Assembly: GCA_036172245.1 (NCBI GenBank)
Contig: JAYWIR010000020.1
Span: forward strand, 2,728,001 to 2,792,000
Direction: 5' to 3'
Origin: Raillietiella orientalis
Lineage: Eukaryota
DNA length: 64,000 nucleotides
Shown here: one piece after another, positions 23,301-37,200 of the stretch
How positions within the stretch are numbered: the stretch's first letter is position 1
How the letters are laid out: every line of letters begins with the position of its first letter
Program-made: the position numbers and the translations under genes
Notes under the pieces: model-generated
Told to the model about the DNA's origin: nothing
Seen by the model: the letters and a program-made list of their open reading frames with translations, nothing else
The model's database searches: none

Positions 23301-26300
23301 TTTCTCGCGGTCGGTTTCTGGAACGGTAAACACGTGCTCGGAGGAGCATCTGGGAAAATTGCGGTGGGATCAGAAACACGGGAAATCGAGCACGGGGGAG
23401 GAGCCACGCAGGGCATTGAAAGATGAAAATGAACCGGCGAATGCTTCGCTGCGTGCTTTGATCTTCCTGGAAATTTTCCCGAGATGAAGCACGTAATTGT
23501 GCAATCGACGTCGCCATACATCACACTGTGATTAGGGAAATACGGTACGCCACATTTACATGGTATGACAGAGGTCAACTACCCGAGCAGCAGAAGATGC
23601 AAAAGCGCAACTCGATGTCGATCTTCGAAATTCACGTGAACAAGCTACCTGGCTACCCCTTCCAGCCCGAACTCTTCTCCCGTTTATGACATTTCCCATT
23701 CACCTCATCCCACGCGTTTCACTCACGTCCTCTACCACTGAATTGCTGGCTTTCCCTCCCCGATTTCAAAGCTCTGCCTAAAGAAATAAACATCTGATTC
23801 ATCTTGACGGATCCTGCGTCCTGTGAAGATTTTAGGATGCGAAATTTAAAACACGGTTCCAAGGCCACACGATGTCTCAATCATGTGACGCTGTGCATCA
23901 ATGCATTTTCGTTGCAAGAAACCCATCAGAGGCCCTTTGATTTACAATCCACTTTGAACTCGAAGCGATTCCCCGTCTCCTTTTGTGGGACCTGGAAGAT
24001 GTTTCTGAGATGCCATAATGCCTCTCTTTCCCATTCCTCGTTCAGAGACCTTAATTGTTTTTTTTTTTTTTTCTGGCTGCTGCAATGCCTCCTCCATCTT
24101 TGGCATTTTACCCTCGTCCACCGAGTTGGTTCGTTAATTTGTCTCGTATTCTACACATGCACTGTCGACACGGGTGGTGCATTCTATTTCAACCGCCTTG
24201 GGATTCATAAACTAAAGAAGCTCTTGGTGTGATGCAAGGGAGGAAACAAACGAAGATGAATTCCTTCCGGGATCAGCCTTTGGTTTGTCTAATACCTATA
24301 TAATTGATGAGAATAACTAGAAGAAAAGGGGAAAAAATCGGCAGCACCTATGCTGCATTCACACTATTTATTACTATCCGTTCCGATTTACGTTTTATGA
24401 CGAAAAGAAGTAGTAATAAGTAAGTAGAGATTTTCATTGGTTTGCTAAGAACGATGAGCTTTCCTATCCATTTATCATATTTGTTAACCACGAATGCGCT
24501 GATGATGATCATGTCACGAGGTGCACTGCAAAGAAATGAAAATCGTCATTACAAGAACAGTTTAATTGAAACCCATATCGAAGACCGTCGAATATCATTC
24601 AACCGGCTCATAATGCTTCAGTTATCGTCCCCAATTTGAGAGGGGGAGGGGGAGGAAGGAAACACTTTTTTGATTCGACAGCGGCGACCTCCAAAGCAGC
24701 ACATGGTCCAAAACGTGCTGCTGGTCACAGTCACGACCTGGGCAAAGCCATCGCCGGAGTGCAGCGTATCACGGATAGAGGGCCGCGGACCCAAGCACAC
24801 TTTTGTGGGCCCACGATGCGTCTTCGAAGGCTTTCCTGGAGGCGAAGTTTCCCCAGGAAACCGGGAAAAGCGCTCGATGAGGAAATCGGAAGAGGACGAA
24901 CCGAATCCGTTTGCTTCCGAAATCCCGAAAGATTACGAAAAGTAAATACTGCCGTATAAATTTAAATGAAGACTGATGAGCATATATTATAAAGATGATA
25001 TAAAAATAGATGCATGTGTTCATTATATATTTGAATATAATTAATATGTCTATTATATATTTGTATGCAGAGTGATATACATTACAAAGGTTATAAAAAA
25101 TAAACATATGTGTATCATATATATTAATACGTATACTGATATTTAAGTTGACATTTATTTTTTAATAATGTTTAGAACATATATTAATCTATATGCTAAT
25201 TTATATACCAATATCCACATTAATATATATGATACACATACTATAAATTATATTAATAATCTGCATGTTAACAAACATTAATAAATATATATGTTGAAAT
25301 AACATTACTATCAATAGTATATATTATTTATGAACACACACGATTTTCATTTCTTTGAAGCGCATTTTTAGTTGTAATGATACGTATGTTAAAATAAACT
25401 TCTGTAATGATCTGTATTACTACACATTATAAGCATACAGATTTACTTGCTATGATCTTTATAACATATATTAATCCATTCATTAATCTATCCACAAATA
25501 TATGTAATGAGCATAGGTATTTATTTTCTTGTGACCTTTCGGGATTTCGAATGGCTTGAGCAGCAAGACGGGGAAGTTGATGTCTTCAGAGCTTTCTGCC
25601 TGGGAAGGGAATGGAAATAGGGCTCGTGAAACCCCGACTGTTGCCCTTTTGTGCATGAAGTTTCGTCTCCGATAGGGGCACCTGTCGATTTCGTAGGTGG
25701 TGTTGTTCTGGAGGAACTGGGGCATAGCTGGCAAGTAGACACCAAAACGGTGGAGTGAAGAACCGAAGGAAAATGTTCCCACGATCTGTTGAGAGAAACC
25801 ATCATCAGCAAAATGAAAACGGAACTCGAAAGAAATGTTTCTGCGGAAAACCAGAAGCCAAGAAGAAAAGATGCTCAGTGACGACATAAAGAGGACCCGG
25901 AGGAGGAGGGAACTAAAGCTGAAGATTGCAGCGACAGCGGTGTTGTAGAAGCAACCCAGACCAGGGCCCCGTAGGCTTTCCCGAACCCAGCGGTCATCTT
26001 AGGAAGGGATCGCAAGATACCAGCAAGGTTGAAAATGTAGCGAAGAGAATTTCCGCGGCAGGCAGATGAAAAGTAGTTTCCAAAGATGGAGAGGACATTT
26101 CCGCTTTCATAGGAATCCGTAGCGGTGGTACCGAGTCCACACGAGCGACTTCGACGGTTCATCTTTCCGCATGGCAACCGTGCGAGCTTCGTGATCGCGA
26201 TGGTTCTCGTTCATAACGACCTCTGGCCGCCAGAATTAGAATCCTGCCAGCGGCTTCCCAGTTTCCAATCGTCCTCGAAGACCGAGCTTCTCTCCGCAAG

Positions 26301-29300
26301 CTCCAAGGAAGGCTCGGTGTTTCTTCGAGGGTATTGACCTTTTCTCCCTATTTCTCCCTACGAAACGATTGCTTCCGAAAGCACTAAAAGAGATTTTCAG
26401 GAACCCTGGGGGGCCAACTGCTCGACTCTTGCCTCTAAAATGATAGCGTCATCCCATGCAAATGCTTTCGGCGAAGAAGACAAAAATAAGAGTACCTATT
26501 TCCTCCCTCCATGCATGGTAGAAAACATGCAAGTAAGTAACCTGTCTGGTGCCTTCACCCTAGTTGCTTTTTCCAGCAAGAACTGATTGCGCGTTTGTTT
26601 TTTTCGGTCCTCAGTTGGGTGAAAAACTTAGCTCCTCTTAAAATACTCCGCCACACAGATCAGCTTATCCTTTTAGAAGAGCACTGGACCATTCTGTTTC
26701 TGCTAAGTTATTTCCAGTACACTTCGAATTGTGACCTCAGTCTAGATTTCAATGAATGGTATCAAAACAACGTGGACGTCAGCGAAACTTACGTTTTCAA
26801 GGTAAGAGAGAACCCTCTGCTTCCCCTCGTTCTTGCGGCGCTTGCTTGAGAAGTTGATTCTCGTGGTTGACCTGTCGCTGAAAATTGCCTGAAGAGTGAT
26901 AGCGCCGTGAAGCTCACGTACGTGAGATAACACGCATCTTTCCTAAGAGCCGAGGCCAGTAGGGTTCGTACCGTCACGTACGCTGGGATCTGTGAACCAT
27001 GGAGGCACGGAAGACCCGCGCCAACTATCTGCAGCGCTTGGAAGGAATCTTCATCTTACCCTTACGAAAGCAAGAAGGGTGGGGAACAGTGTTCCCGCAT
27101 AGAAAAGGACCGTACGTCCGACGCTGAATGCTCCCTCCCATTCTTCCCGACTGCTGCTCGTGACGATACTCCCCAATCTGGAATCTTCCCCTTCGGTGCT
27201 TCTGGATGAATAGGCACTTCGTGTTGAAATTTCACAGAGCAGGTGGTCTGAAGTAAAATAAGTCGTGCATGCCGGTTGAGAGGATTTTCATGGCGACACT
27301 CTTAGCTCTTTATTTTCCATTTAGATGATGGAGTTTGACTTGACCTCCTCTTCCTGACATCTAACGCTTTCCTACGAGGGTTTTCTCAAAAGCCACGTAA
27401 GAAATGGAAACATCTCTTCCAAACACTCCAAAAGACTTCCCTTGGAATTCGTCGAAAGGTGGTTTTGAACAACCCTTGCGGTTCATTTGCCGTAGACGAA
27501 CGATCAAAAGCGAATTGCCGCTTGACTGTCTTTCCTTATCTTGATGGTCAATGTCGGATTATGTCTTCAGGGATGCGAGGAAAGAGCTCCTTTTTCCGTC
27601 TGCTCCTTCGTCGCGTTCGTAGGATTCGCAGTTCTCTCTCTGTTTGCCTGGACAGGGCACTTGTGCTTCCTTCTGCAGTCAGAGAACCGCATCCACCCTA
27701 GAAGTGTTTGCTCAGGAAGAATCCTGGCAGGTGCGTGATCCGCAGTGTCGAAGAAGGCAGGAGTTTGGGACATCCCCTAAAGCAATCAACGGGAACTCAG
27801 CATGCATGTAGCTTTTCCGTACGATAAGTCAAAAAAAAAAGAAAACCTTGAGGAAGAGGGTGGCAAATCGATTTCTCTTCACAATTAGCGGCTGCATGCG
27901 TGTACGCGTTTCGCTTTCGTTTTGCTTCCATGTCTTTTCCTCCTTCCAGCTTAGGAGACGAACGGAATGGTTTCCTATACCGAATTGCCTCCCCTCCCTC
28001 TCCCAGCTAAGAACATCGAACAGCAGCCTCTTCCTGGCAGGGAATTTCCATTCTTTTTTTCCCTCTTTTTCCTGCTATTTGCCAGTCTCAATTTTTGCAT
28101 TCCTACTTTGGATCTCCTCGGTGCATCGGATTGATGACACGAGCTGCGCTGGTCGAAACTTGAAGCGCGCGGCTTCCGTCGGTGCTTTTCGTATTAGCAA
28201 GGAGCTGGAAAGATCGAAAGATACGAACTCGCAGTAGATATAGACGTAGAGAGGCAAAAACGGTCGGATGATGAAGCTTTGCTGTTCATGAATGTCTTTC
28301 AGGTATCTTCGGATCAGTTCCTCAAGCTGGCACCAGATGTAGCGGAAGTGAATTACCTGAAGCTGATAGCACTGTGCGCTCCAGGTAATTTTTGAAACGA
28401 CCCCTCTATGGATTTGATTTATCTTCCAATGAAGGAATGAAAATATGGGGTGGGTGGAGGAATTTCCAAACCGAGATAAGAGCGTGCAGTTAGGAAGGTT
28501 TTTGCTGTGCTTCGAGCAATATGCGTATTTAGCATGATTGATAGTTTCAGACAGATACTTCAGTCGAACGCTGAGACCCTGATTGGCATTGGGAACAGAA
28601 ATCCATCATCATGAATTGCTGATGCGTTTTCATTTCGATTCGATTTGAGTCTGGAAGTCATTTGTCGATAGCTTCACTGGTGCTTGCTTCCGTTATGGCG
28701 CAAGGTCCAGCACCTAGTACCAGCGTGCTAGCCTTTGATCTGCAACACTCCTGAATCGGCGTGAAAATGTTACAGATAAACCAATCCAATCTAGAGTGAA
28801 GTTTGTGCCTACATACGACTGTTTGGTACTCGTACCAATTCTTGATATATTTCTCTTGAAAAACTGCGTGAGGAATCTTGGACCAAAAAGTCTTAGACCC
28901 ATTCTGCTCTTCGGAAAGAAAAATTAATTTTGAAAAAAAAGCCCGTAAGAAGAACGAATAGGATTGCTCTTGCTCCTCAGAACGCCTTGATACTCTGAAC
29001 TGGTTCCTAACTCAGTAGGCAGAAAGAGCCATCGAAAGGCTCCAGACGGTTCCATCACGCGTTTTGATTCAAACTTTCCCCGCAGTCTTTCATAGTCACC
29101 ATCACTTGCATCCACCATTTCTTCGTGCACTCAGCTTTGAGTAAGGCTGCCTCCTCACTGAAAGCTGAGTTTCAGCAAGCAGTTTTGATTTTTTCAGTAA
29201 GAAGGAAAGAGCAAGCAAATCCGATGTCCTATCTAAGGGAACAAGCAGAGGCCATCTTTCTTGGAAGAGCACTGGTAGAGAAATCATGCCCTGCACAGGT

Positions 29301-32300
29301 CTGCAGAGAAGATGTTTCCGAAGAAAAGCAGGAGTTGCTTGACCGAAGCTATTTTGTTTGTGTATGTGTGTGTCTTTTCGAGCTGACTCTTGAGTACTGA
29401 TAACTTGAAAACTGGCATCCTGGCTGGCGCTCTTTCGTGTGAAGGGTCGCTTGTTGCATTGCGGTGTACATCGCCTCCCAGCCTTTTTGCTACTATCAAA
29501 GTGTGCACTTGCAAAGGGCGGTTCTGTTCCTTAATTCTCAGTGGGATCAGAAATGTAACGGAAAACATTTCGTTTCTAAGATGAGATGAGATGAGCAACG
29601 ACTCAATGTATGTACCAATGGAAAACCAAAGGAGAACGAGGAAAATCGTACTTTGAACCATAGAGGCTTATCGAAAAGATTTCTCGATATAGAAATCTTT
29701 GACTGAGATGGAAAACAAGTTCAGATAAAGAGTTAGATGAGAAAACCGATGAAATATGTATCTATGAAAAAAATGATCACATCGCAAACAGCGTAGGTTT
29801 CCGAAACCCAGAAAAGAAACCGAGGCGTTTCTGGAAACAGCTTGCAATGTGTAGACAGACGTACCACTGTCTGGAACATTATTTCATACAGGATACCGAG
29901 CCTCCCTTCCTCCGCTTCAAACATCCCAAATCAAAAATGCTCCCCGAATGTCCATCTGTTCTGCATACCGTGTCTTTTCCCAGTCCACATCAAAGTAAAA
30001 GAGAGCATCCAAAAGCATTGGTGTGGCACAAATCGATAGCCACAGTAGTCTCGAAACAAGCTTAAATTTTTCATTTTTGATCTCTCACACTGGGATCACT
30101 GAAAAGCTTTGGCCATCTTCAAAGGCTCAAAGAAAATGCTTTCGGCAAATTACGAACATGACACGAGGATTTTTATTTTCTTAAAAAAAAGTAATCCACG
30201 ATAGATTTTGTTTAAATCAAACTTCAAGTTATAATCCGAATTTCATTAAATAGTATCTGTTTAATACCTAAGAGAGAGATACAGCAAGAAAATCAGCGTA
30301 GCACATATATGTGCTAGTAAATCCGTTAAAAACAAAATCGCACTGCATGAAATGAGCGTACATTTTGCATTTCATGAGAGCACTTTTGCACGGAAATTCC
30401 TCCGTTCAAAATGGTATGTGCGGTTGACTTTGGCCAGAAGTAAGCACAGCATTGGCTGCCCAAGTTTTACTTGGAGGCGTATTCGAAAATCGCTAACCAA
30501 ATAGAAGAAAGCTGTGAAATTATAGTAGATTAACAGTCCTTCGTCTGTTCCCTCCTGAGACAAGAGTCCTTAAGGATCCTTCTCATCTTCTATAAGGGCG
30601 ACTAAAAAGCTATAACGCAAGGACCACCAGTCTGCTGAAGATTGTCAAAAACCGCGAATACGCCTGGTTTCTCCTGCGAATAAGATAACCGCTCGCTGGA
30701 GAAAGTCGAACTTCTTCCCCACATATTGAAAAATAAATAATTCAACAAGAAAAGGATCAAAAATTCGAAGGTCGGCGCTTTTTTTTTCCTGAGCCATCAT
30801 CACCTATTGGTCACGGCTCGCTCACAAATAAATGCGCTCGTTATCTTCCACTGAGGTGTCTGCCATTTGTCTATGAACCAATGAAGCTCAGGTGCTGCCA
30901 CGTTTTGCTGTTTTCCTTTAAATCTCGGGATGAAGCCATCTTGCACGCTACGACGAATGCGGTGAAATCCACCCAACAAAAAGTTACTTGTAGGACAGTG
31001 GGAGCACCGGAAACCACGTAGGAGTTTAAACTAGAAATCAAACCAGCTCAGTAACTCAAACCGAGCAAGATCGCAAGAATTCGGAAACTCCCCTCGTCGC
31101 TCACCAGAAAAGCCAACGTATGCAGGATTTTAACATGGCATGAATTTTAATACGCACCTGTAAAATTGTGAATCTTTTTGCTTTTGAATGCGAGTTTCTC
31201 GTGAGGTGGTAAGACCCCCTAGATCGGGCACCAAGCTCTTGTTTTTCCTTTGCGTCCACGTGGGAACCCTCATGGCGAACTCTTGTAAAGCTCAAAGCCA
31301 ACTCGGAAGGGAACTTCCTACGTCAAAGAGTAAACAGTTTAGAAAAACAAGGAAATACTCGTACTCTGATAATTATCCAAACCCTAAAATACACCTTCTG
31401 ACACGACACGTGGCATCACCCACCAGAAAGAACGCATGAAATATCAGAATCTTTTTTGGATCTGAATCGCCATAGTCCTTGGAACTCAAAGCAACTGTAT
31501 CACCAGTAGTTCGAAGGGTTACTATAGGAAGCATCCGAGATCACTCCCAACCATCTGAGAACTTTACAGAACTTTACATTTTGCCCGCTTGAAGAAGGCC
31601 CGCATACATATTTTCTTTGCTCCTTAGTCCTCATACGTGAAGTCATATTCAGATTCCGAATAGGGAGAAAAGGCAAAAGTCTCCGAGCAAAGAAAGCACT
31701 GTACCAAGATCTCTTGTTTTTCTTTGGCAGTTGCTGGATATACTGGGCAGAAACTGGGCATGCTTTTTAGAGCTACTGGATGTTTTCTTACAAACAGATC
31801 CTCATGCAACATTCTCTAAGATGCAACTTCGGATTCGACCCAAGCACATGAAGTTACTTCCTGAGAACGCAGTGGCAGCTGTTCCCAGTGATGCATCAGG
31901 TTGCAATCAATCGCGATGCTCTGCTGTCATTGCTCTTTTGCGCAATTCAGACGACCTTTGTTTCGGTAACGCGATCCGCATTCGTGTATGCTGCAAGCAT
32001 GTCTGCTGCCAGTGCTGGCTGTTTTCCAGTCCCGCCTGCAATGCCCATTTCCCTCTTCTCTTGCAGAGTTGCCTGACGGCAACTGCCTTTCGGAATAGCT
32101 TAGATGATTCCAGAGATCGATAGTAGTTTCATCAACAGCACCGGTCGCTTGGACCATATCACCCATGCAGTGACTTCATTTATTTTTCCCATAGAACTTC
32201 AAACACGTTAGCTGTTCGGAAATAATGGATTTTTCCGCGGTGTATGAGAGAGATCTATCCTTGTATTCAGTTTCCGGAGAATACAATCCATCCCGGGGTC

Positions 32301-33955
32301 CTAAGTAAGGTTTGCAGTCGCCAGGTATACTGTTACTAAAAGATCTTAAAAAGATGAAAAACGCATCTCCGCGAACGCAAAGGCAGTGTAAGAACTTTCT
32401 TCTTCAACTTCTGATGAGAAAGGATCAAGTGACTAGAAGGAACACGGATGCATCAGATTCAGCTTCCCATTCTTTGTAGCAGCGACGCAGATCGCCAAAA
32501 GTCACACACTCGTCGGAACAAACGTATTTGCGAATTTGCAATGCCACGTTTACGAAGAACTTGTGCAGGAAGGATTGCGAGGGGTGGAATAATATCACAT
32601 CAAAGTGGAACCGCAGTATGCAAGGATTACCAGATTACTACCACATACCATTTATTGTAGGTATCTTCTAGAGATATCAACAGTAAAGCGGCAAAAACTA
32701 ATTGGATTTCAAGGACCAAATCCTTGAGTACTGGCAACACAGAGCAACGCTCAGAAACATTGATGTAATGATAATGCTGGATATCAATTAGAAAACCATG
32801 TAACTCCAATCAAAGATGCTGGATACGGTGCGTTAGTTGCGCATGCGAGGATGAAGACTCATTAGAAGATGAGCGGTACGATGGGAAATTTGGTAACATC
32901 GTCCCAGCGAATTTCGAATTTGCAAATTGGCAAATGAGGCGTAGAGATGAGCAGTGAATTAGGAATGCCTGGTGTGATTTCACGCATCAAACTGGACGTT
33001 GCTTCTTGGAAGGATAAGATGAATCCATGGATCCAGTGCCATTTTTGAAAGAACTGCAATTTGCCCGTTCTTTTTTCCCGTTCCCTTCGAAAAACACTTT
33101 CGGTGTCCTTCAAAATCGTTGCCACCAGTTCTAAAAAATTTGCAAGAGATAGGCGTCATAGGTCGCAATCATGGGAGGGGAGAGGAAGATCAATGAGGGA
33201 AGCAATACGTAGTACCAAGAGGAAGAATATGTTTTGAAAAGATCATTTTAATAGCTTTCTCGGGAATATTACGATGATTAACGATGACTGTGGTAGGCAA
33301 ACAAATGTCTAAAGCTCTAAAATGAGCAAGTTATTTAAAAAAACAAAAAAAAAAAGCACCGGCGCAATACTCTTTGGCTTGCGTAACTCCAGACTTCCAG
33401 GAAGGTGTCTAAACACTCCGTGTTTCCTCTAGCTTAAGTGCTACCTTTTGGTGATTGGCTCTGTCCTCCCCGTGAACAATCTTTGCTATGATAATTTGCC
33501 TTCATTTCTATTGCGACTTCTCGATCCGCCCTCTTCGTAGAGCAAAAGTAAAAGTGGTTTCCTGAGCACGCGTGGTTACTACGCTCTTGTACACTGGGGT
33601 GTTACCGTAGCAATCTGAAGCTGAGCAAGGATTTCTGCAACTTCAAACAGAAACCCTTTGCTCACAAACTGGTGTTTACTGATGTTACGTCATTTCAGAG
33701 ACAATCGGACTGAGCCAGATACTTTCCGTTGAAATGATTCAGGACCAAGCTCAGAATCTACTGCTCGAACACACCAAAAATGAATACCCCCGGCAAATAG
33801 CACGTTTTGGAAAACTGCTCCTCATTTTATCCCACCTACGTGCTATAAGGTCATTCATTGTGGAAAGTTTGTTTTTCAAGGACATTATGGGGGAAACTCC
33901 AATGAGTACGGTGATCAGATACCTGAAACCGTTCAGAGAAGAACTGAGTTCGTAA
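8399..33955 (+). CDS. dsf: Nuclear receptor of the NR2E group, dissatisfaction (NR2E4) orthologue-like, ~386 aa
   Basis: Exons 8399-8405, 8548-8628, 18865-19026, 23036-23250, 26401-26532, 26577-26801, 28303-28384, 33699-33955. All introns are GT-AG, phases are consistent, total 1161 nt. The DBD reads [46 protein letters not shown]...[16 protein letters not shown]...[14 protein letters not shown], with the Dsf-type DRLLDIPC and [13 protein letters not shown] motifs: [51 protein letters not shown]. Confidence 0.92.
10200..10770 (+). mobile_element. Dispersed repeat family R1, copy B, with perfect tRNA-like T-arm (B-box)
   Basis: GCGGG-TTCGAAT-CCCGC at 10270-10286. Collinear similarity to copy A (inverted) and copy C. 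Confidence 0.7.
13115..13300 (+). repeat. Inverted repeat, left arm (partner 14757-14959)
   Basis: Long exact blocks such as CTCGGAGGAACTTGAATTTCCAGAACGGATTCGTTCGAAAG and TTTGTAATAGACAGACTCGAGCGAGA recur as reverse complements at 14757-14959. Confidence 0.9.
14757..14959 (-). repeat. Inverted repeat, right arm (partner 13115-13300)
   Basis: Reverse complement of 13115-13300 with scattered substitutions and one ~15-nt insertion. Confidence 0.9.
16005..16075 (+). repeat. Short dispersed direct repeat, copy 1 (partner 18391-18465)
   Basis: Shared core TGAACTAGCATCAT (16046-16059 and 18436-18449) within ~70 bp of collinear similarity. Confidence 0.75.
18391..18465 (+). repeat. Short dispersed direct repeat, copy 2
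   Basis: Aligns with 16005-16075 with one 4-nt indel. Confidence 0.75.
19300..20020 (+). mobile_element. Dispersed repeat family R1, copy C
   Basis: B-box-like GGTTCGAATAC at 19423-19433. Shares GCTGCGGTCTCC, TTCCCCTCCGGTTGTGCAA and GGATTCATA blocks with copies A and B. Contains repeated CCCTTCGG motifs. Confidence 0.7.
24955..25510. repeat. AT-rich fold-back island in dsf intron 4
   Basis: Abruptly very AT-rich. Perfect 22-bp inverted repeat at 25107-25128 / 25219-25240, plus nested shorter inverted matches. Confidence 0.75.
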
Positions 33956-34235
33956 AACGGACCCGACTGCTACCTCTTCGAAACCACGTTCTAGCCTTAA
34001 TTAAAGGAAAACAAAATGTAAATCACGCCATTTTACTGTTGGGACACACAGCACGGTCCTACGCTCCGAAGAAGCAAGACCAGCATACGCGGTAAGCACA
34101 CGCCGAATTCACAGAATGCAAGGCGAAGTCATTAAACACATACATACAAGGGTTTCAGAACCAAAGAACATTTTATTTGTCATGAAGAATCGTCCCAAAT
34201 TATAAACACAAAGCAGGCTTGCACACCCCGTGAAT

Positions 34236-37200
34236 TCACAAACTACCATTATGCAGCCCTACGGTGGGGATCTGGCAGCCAATAGATTCCACGTAGAACC
34301 CTATACTCGTCAGCTTGTCCGCTGAGAGGACACGGCGCCCATCAAAAATGAATGCTGGTTTCACCATTGTATCGTACATGCGCGAGTAATCGTAGGTCTG
34401 AAAACGAAAACATACATGACAAACACACATTCCATTGCAAAGGACCTTGAATTCATCCCATTCTGTTAGCACGACGAGAGCATGGGTCCCTTGCGCCACG
34501 GAGTAGGGGTCATCACACACTGTAACAGAAGAGCGCAGTTTGCTATCTCCTACGAGGCCCATCGACGAATACACAGCTTCCCTGGGCACTTTGGGATCGA
34601 ATATCTTCAACCTCGCTCCTTCCTCCAGCAATCTTTGGCAAATGTAGATGGCTGGGGATTCACGGATGTCGCTCGTGTTCTTTTTGAAGGCAAAGCCCAG
34701 AACACCGATCGGCTTGTCTGCCACCGTGCTAAACATGGCACTGAGGATACGTGAGACGAATCGATTCTTCCGGTACGCGTTCAGATCCATGACCTGGAAG
34801 CGAACAGTGCGCTGATTTCCCCCAGTTTCCAACCTGCTGCCAATAGGCTGCCACTTCATGCAGCTTCAGCGTTTCGCAAATGTAAACCAGATTCAGAACA
34901 TCTTTAGGGAAGCAACTTCCTCCAAAACCTTGAAGGTCGGACATGTTTCGATCGCTTCGACCCACCGGGCTTACCGATAGACGCTTCCAAGAATTTCGGA
35001 CCAATCCTGGAGTCCAGTCCCACGGCACGCGCAACTTCGGCGACGTCTGCTCCCGTTTCTTCGCAAATCGCGGAGACGGCGTTGATGCTGCTCACCCGTT
35101 GCGCCAGGAAGGCGTTGGCAACCTAAGCCCGGGTCACGGCGTTACCACGAGCAGCCGATGGTTACCAGTTTCGACAGCTCTGAAGACCACGTATTCATGG
35201 AGATGATGCGCTCGCTTGGAACCCATCGCTCGTAAATGCTCCGAAGAGTGTTCATCGCGGACAAACCTTCGGAAGTGCTTTCGCACCCGATAAGGATGCG
35301 GTCAGGAGTGAGAAGGTCGGTGATCGCATTGCCTTCTGAAAGAAATTCCGGATTGGACAAAACCTATATCAAGCATGTGGACAGCAAAATTAACGTCACG
35401 AGACCTGGTATTTGAATCCAGGGCGGACGTTGGCGTCCAAGATCTTCTTGATGCTTTCGGCAGAGCGCACGGGCACGGTGCTCTTCTCGACAATAATCTT
35501 GAAGCCATCTGAAATTTCGGCGATTAAACGCGAACACGCCTCTACGTATTTCATGTCCGCCGCACGTCCCTAAACCTCTTGTCTGAACGGGTTATTAAAT
35601 TTTGTGTTTACTTTTCCATGGCCAACAGCTTTCGTAGGGGTATTCACAGAAATGAAAACCAACTGTGCTTCTTTAACCGCCTTTTCAACATCGGCGGAGA
35701 AAAAAAGATTTCGGTTGCGACAAACTTCAACGATCTCTTTCAGACCAGGCTGAAAAGGAATTGGGTTTGATCATTGCAAGTCTTTTTCCTTTTGAAATGA
35801 CGACGGTTCCTGGAGAATCACAAAAATTAGAAAGCGATTCATAAAGCGGGTGCTGAAACTTTACATTTGAAGGCACCGTCGACTGTGCAGAAAAAATGTC
35901 ATCCACCTGGTAAATGATTTTTCCGAATGCACAGCACAAAAAGAATTCACATCTTGATTTGGGTGATAAACAAACGCAAAATAGATAGCTGACGTGCAAT
36001 GCACTTGCACAGCCCCTTGTGGTCACAAAGTGCGAATCTTCGAGCATTACCACGACACGGAACTTTATTCTATGTCCTTTGCAAAACTTGACGTGACAAG
36101 GATGCTTCGGTATCCTTCGAAGGCTTGGAGATTTGAAAGTCTTCAAAAGCGTACAGCGAAGTTTTCCTGACCAAGGACGGATTGTGAAAAAGGACCCTGA
36201 AGCTTCCCTTGGGCTCCAATACCTTTTCTTCAGTTACGAACCACATCACAGTACTGAGATAAGAAAAAACAGCCAAAAACACTCTTCCCTCTGTTGGAAA
36301 GTGATTTCATGCCATGCATTATGTTTGCGAATCTTAAGTTTCATTCAACACTGCAGAAATCTTGAATCCAATTAAAATAAAATAAAAGAAAGAATGAACG
36401 AATAAAGAGCAAAATAGTTAGGAAAACCTTCGAATTTGAGTAGATAATCGAATTTAAAATTAATGATTAACACAAATGGCCACCACCACAACGAGAAGAG
36501 CACGGCTGCAACCCAACCGCACCCAAAGCCTATTCTTGAGCCCCACGCGCTGCCCACGGTAATGGGTCCACGTTTCCCTTCAACAAGGTGTCTCTTGTCG
36601 ATGTGCTTGAACTCTGATTTGTAACGGAACTTCTTCAAGTTCTGGAGAAACAGGCCCGTTCGAATCACTGCAGAAAACAGACGCGATAACATGATGATGA
36701 AACGGTCGCTGAGGACCGCCAAGGGACACCGGGTCAAAACCACGTTCCTGGAATTCCGCGTGGAGCTCCGCCACCAGGAGTGCAGCTATTACTGTCGTTG
36801 ATGACAGATGCACTTGTGACTGGATCTCTACACTCCCTACGGGCTCTCCCACTTCCCTACCGATGCTCAAGAGCAGCCCGTATCTGCGAAACATCCTCAC
36901 GAAAAAAAATAACCATGTGTCACCAAGCCGATGGGCAAAAGACCACATCGTGGCACTTTTGATGCAGACTCGCTGGCAGATTTACACGTGAAACACATAT
37001 GAAAATTAAGCTGCTGAGCATTTGAAAAAGGGTTCATCAGAGATTGAATTTCTTTTGGTCTTCGAGAATGTGCTAAAACCAAATCCAAAACCCCATGTTG
37101 CGTTTTTTTTGTTTTTTTTTTTTTCCCGTTTATTCTTCATCAGACAGGAGGAATGGTTGAAACCCAATATGGTGGATGGCATGCGTTTTTCCATCAGCTT

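Noticed and set aside
24076..24130. Possible extra Pro-rich dsf hinge exon ([17 protein letters not shown])
   Set aside because: No AG acceptor after the T tract, and exon 4 already joins 26401 in phase.
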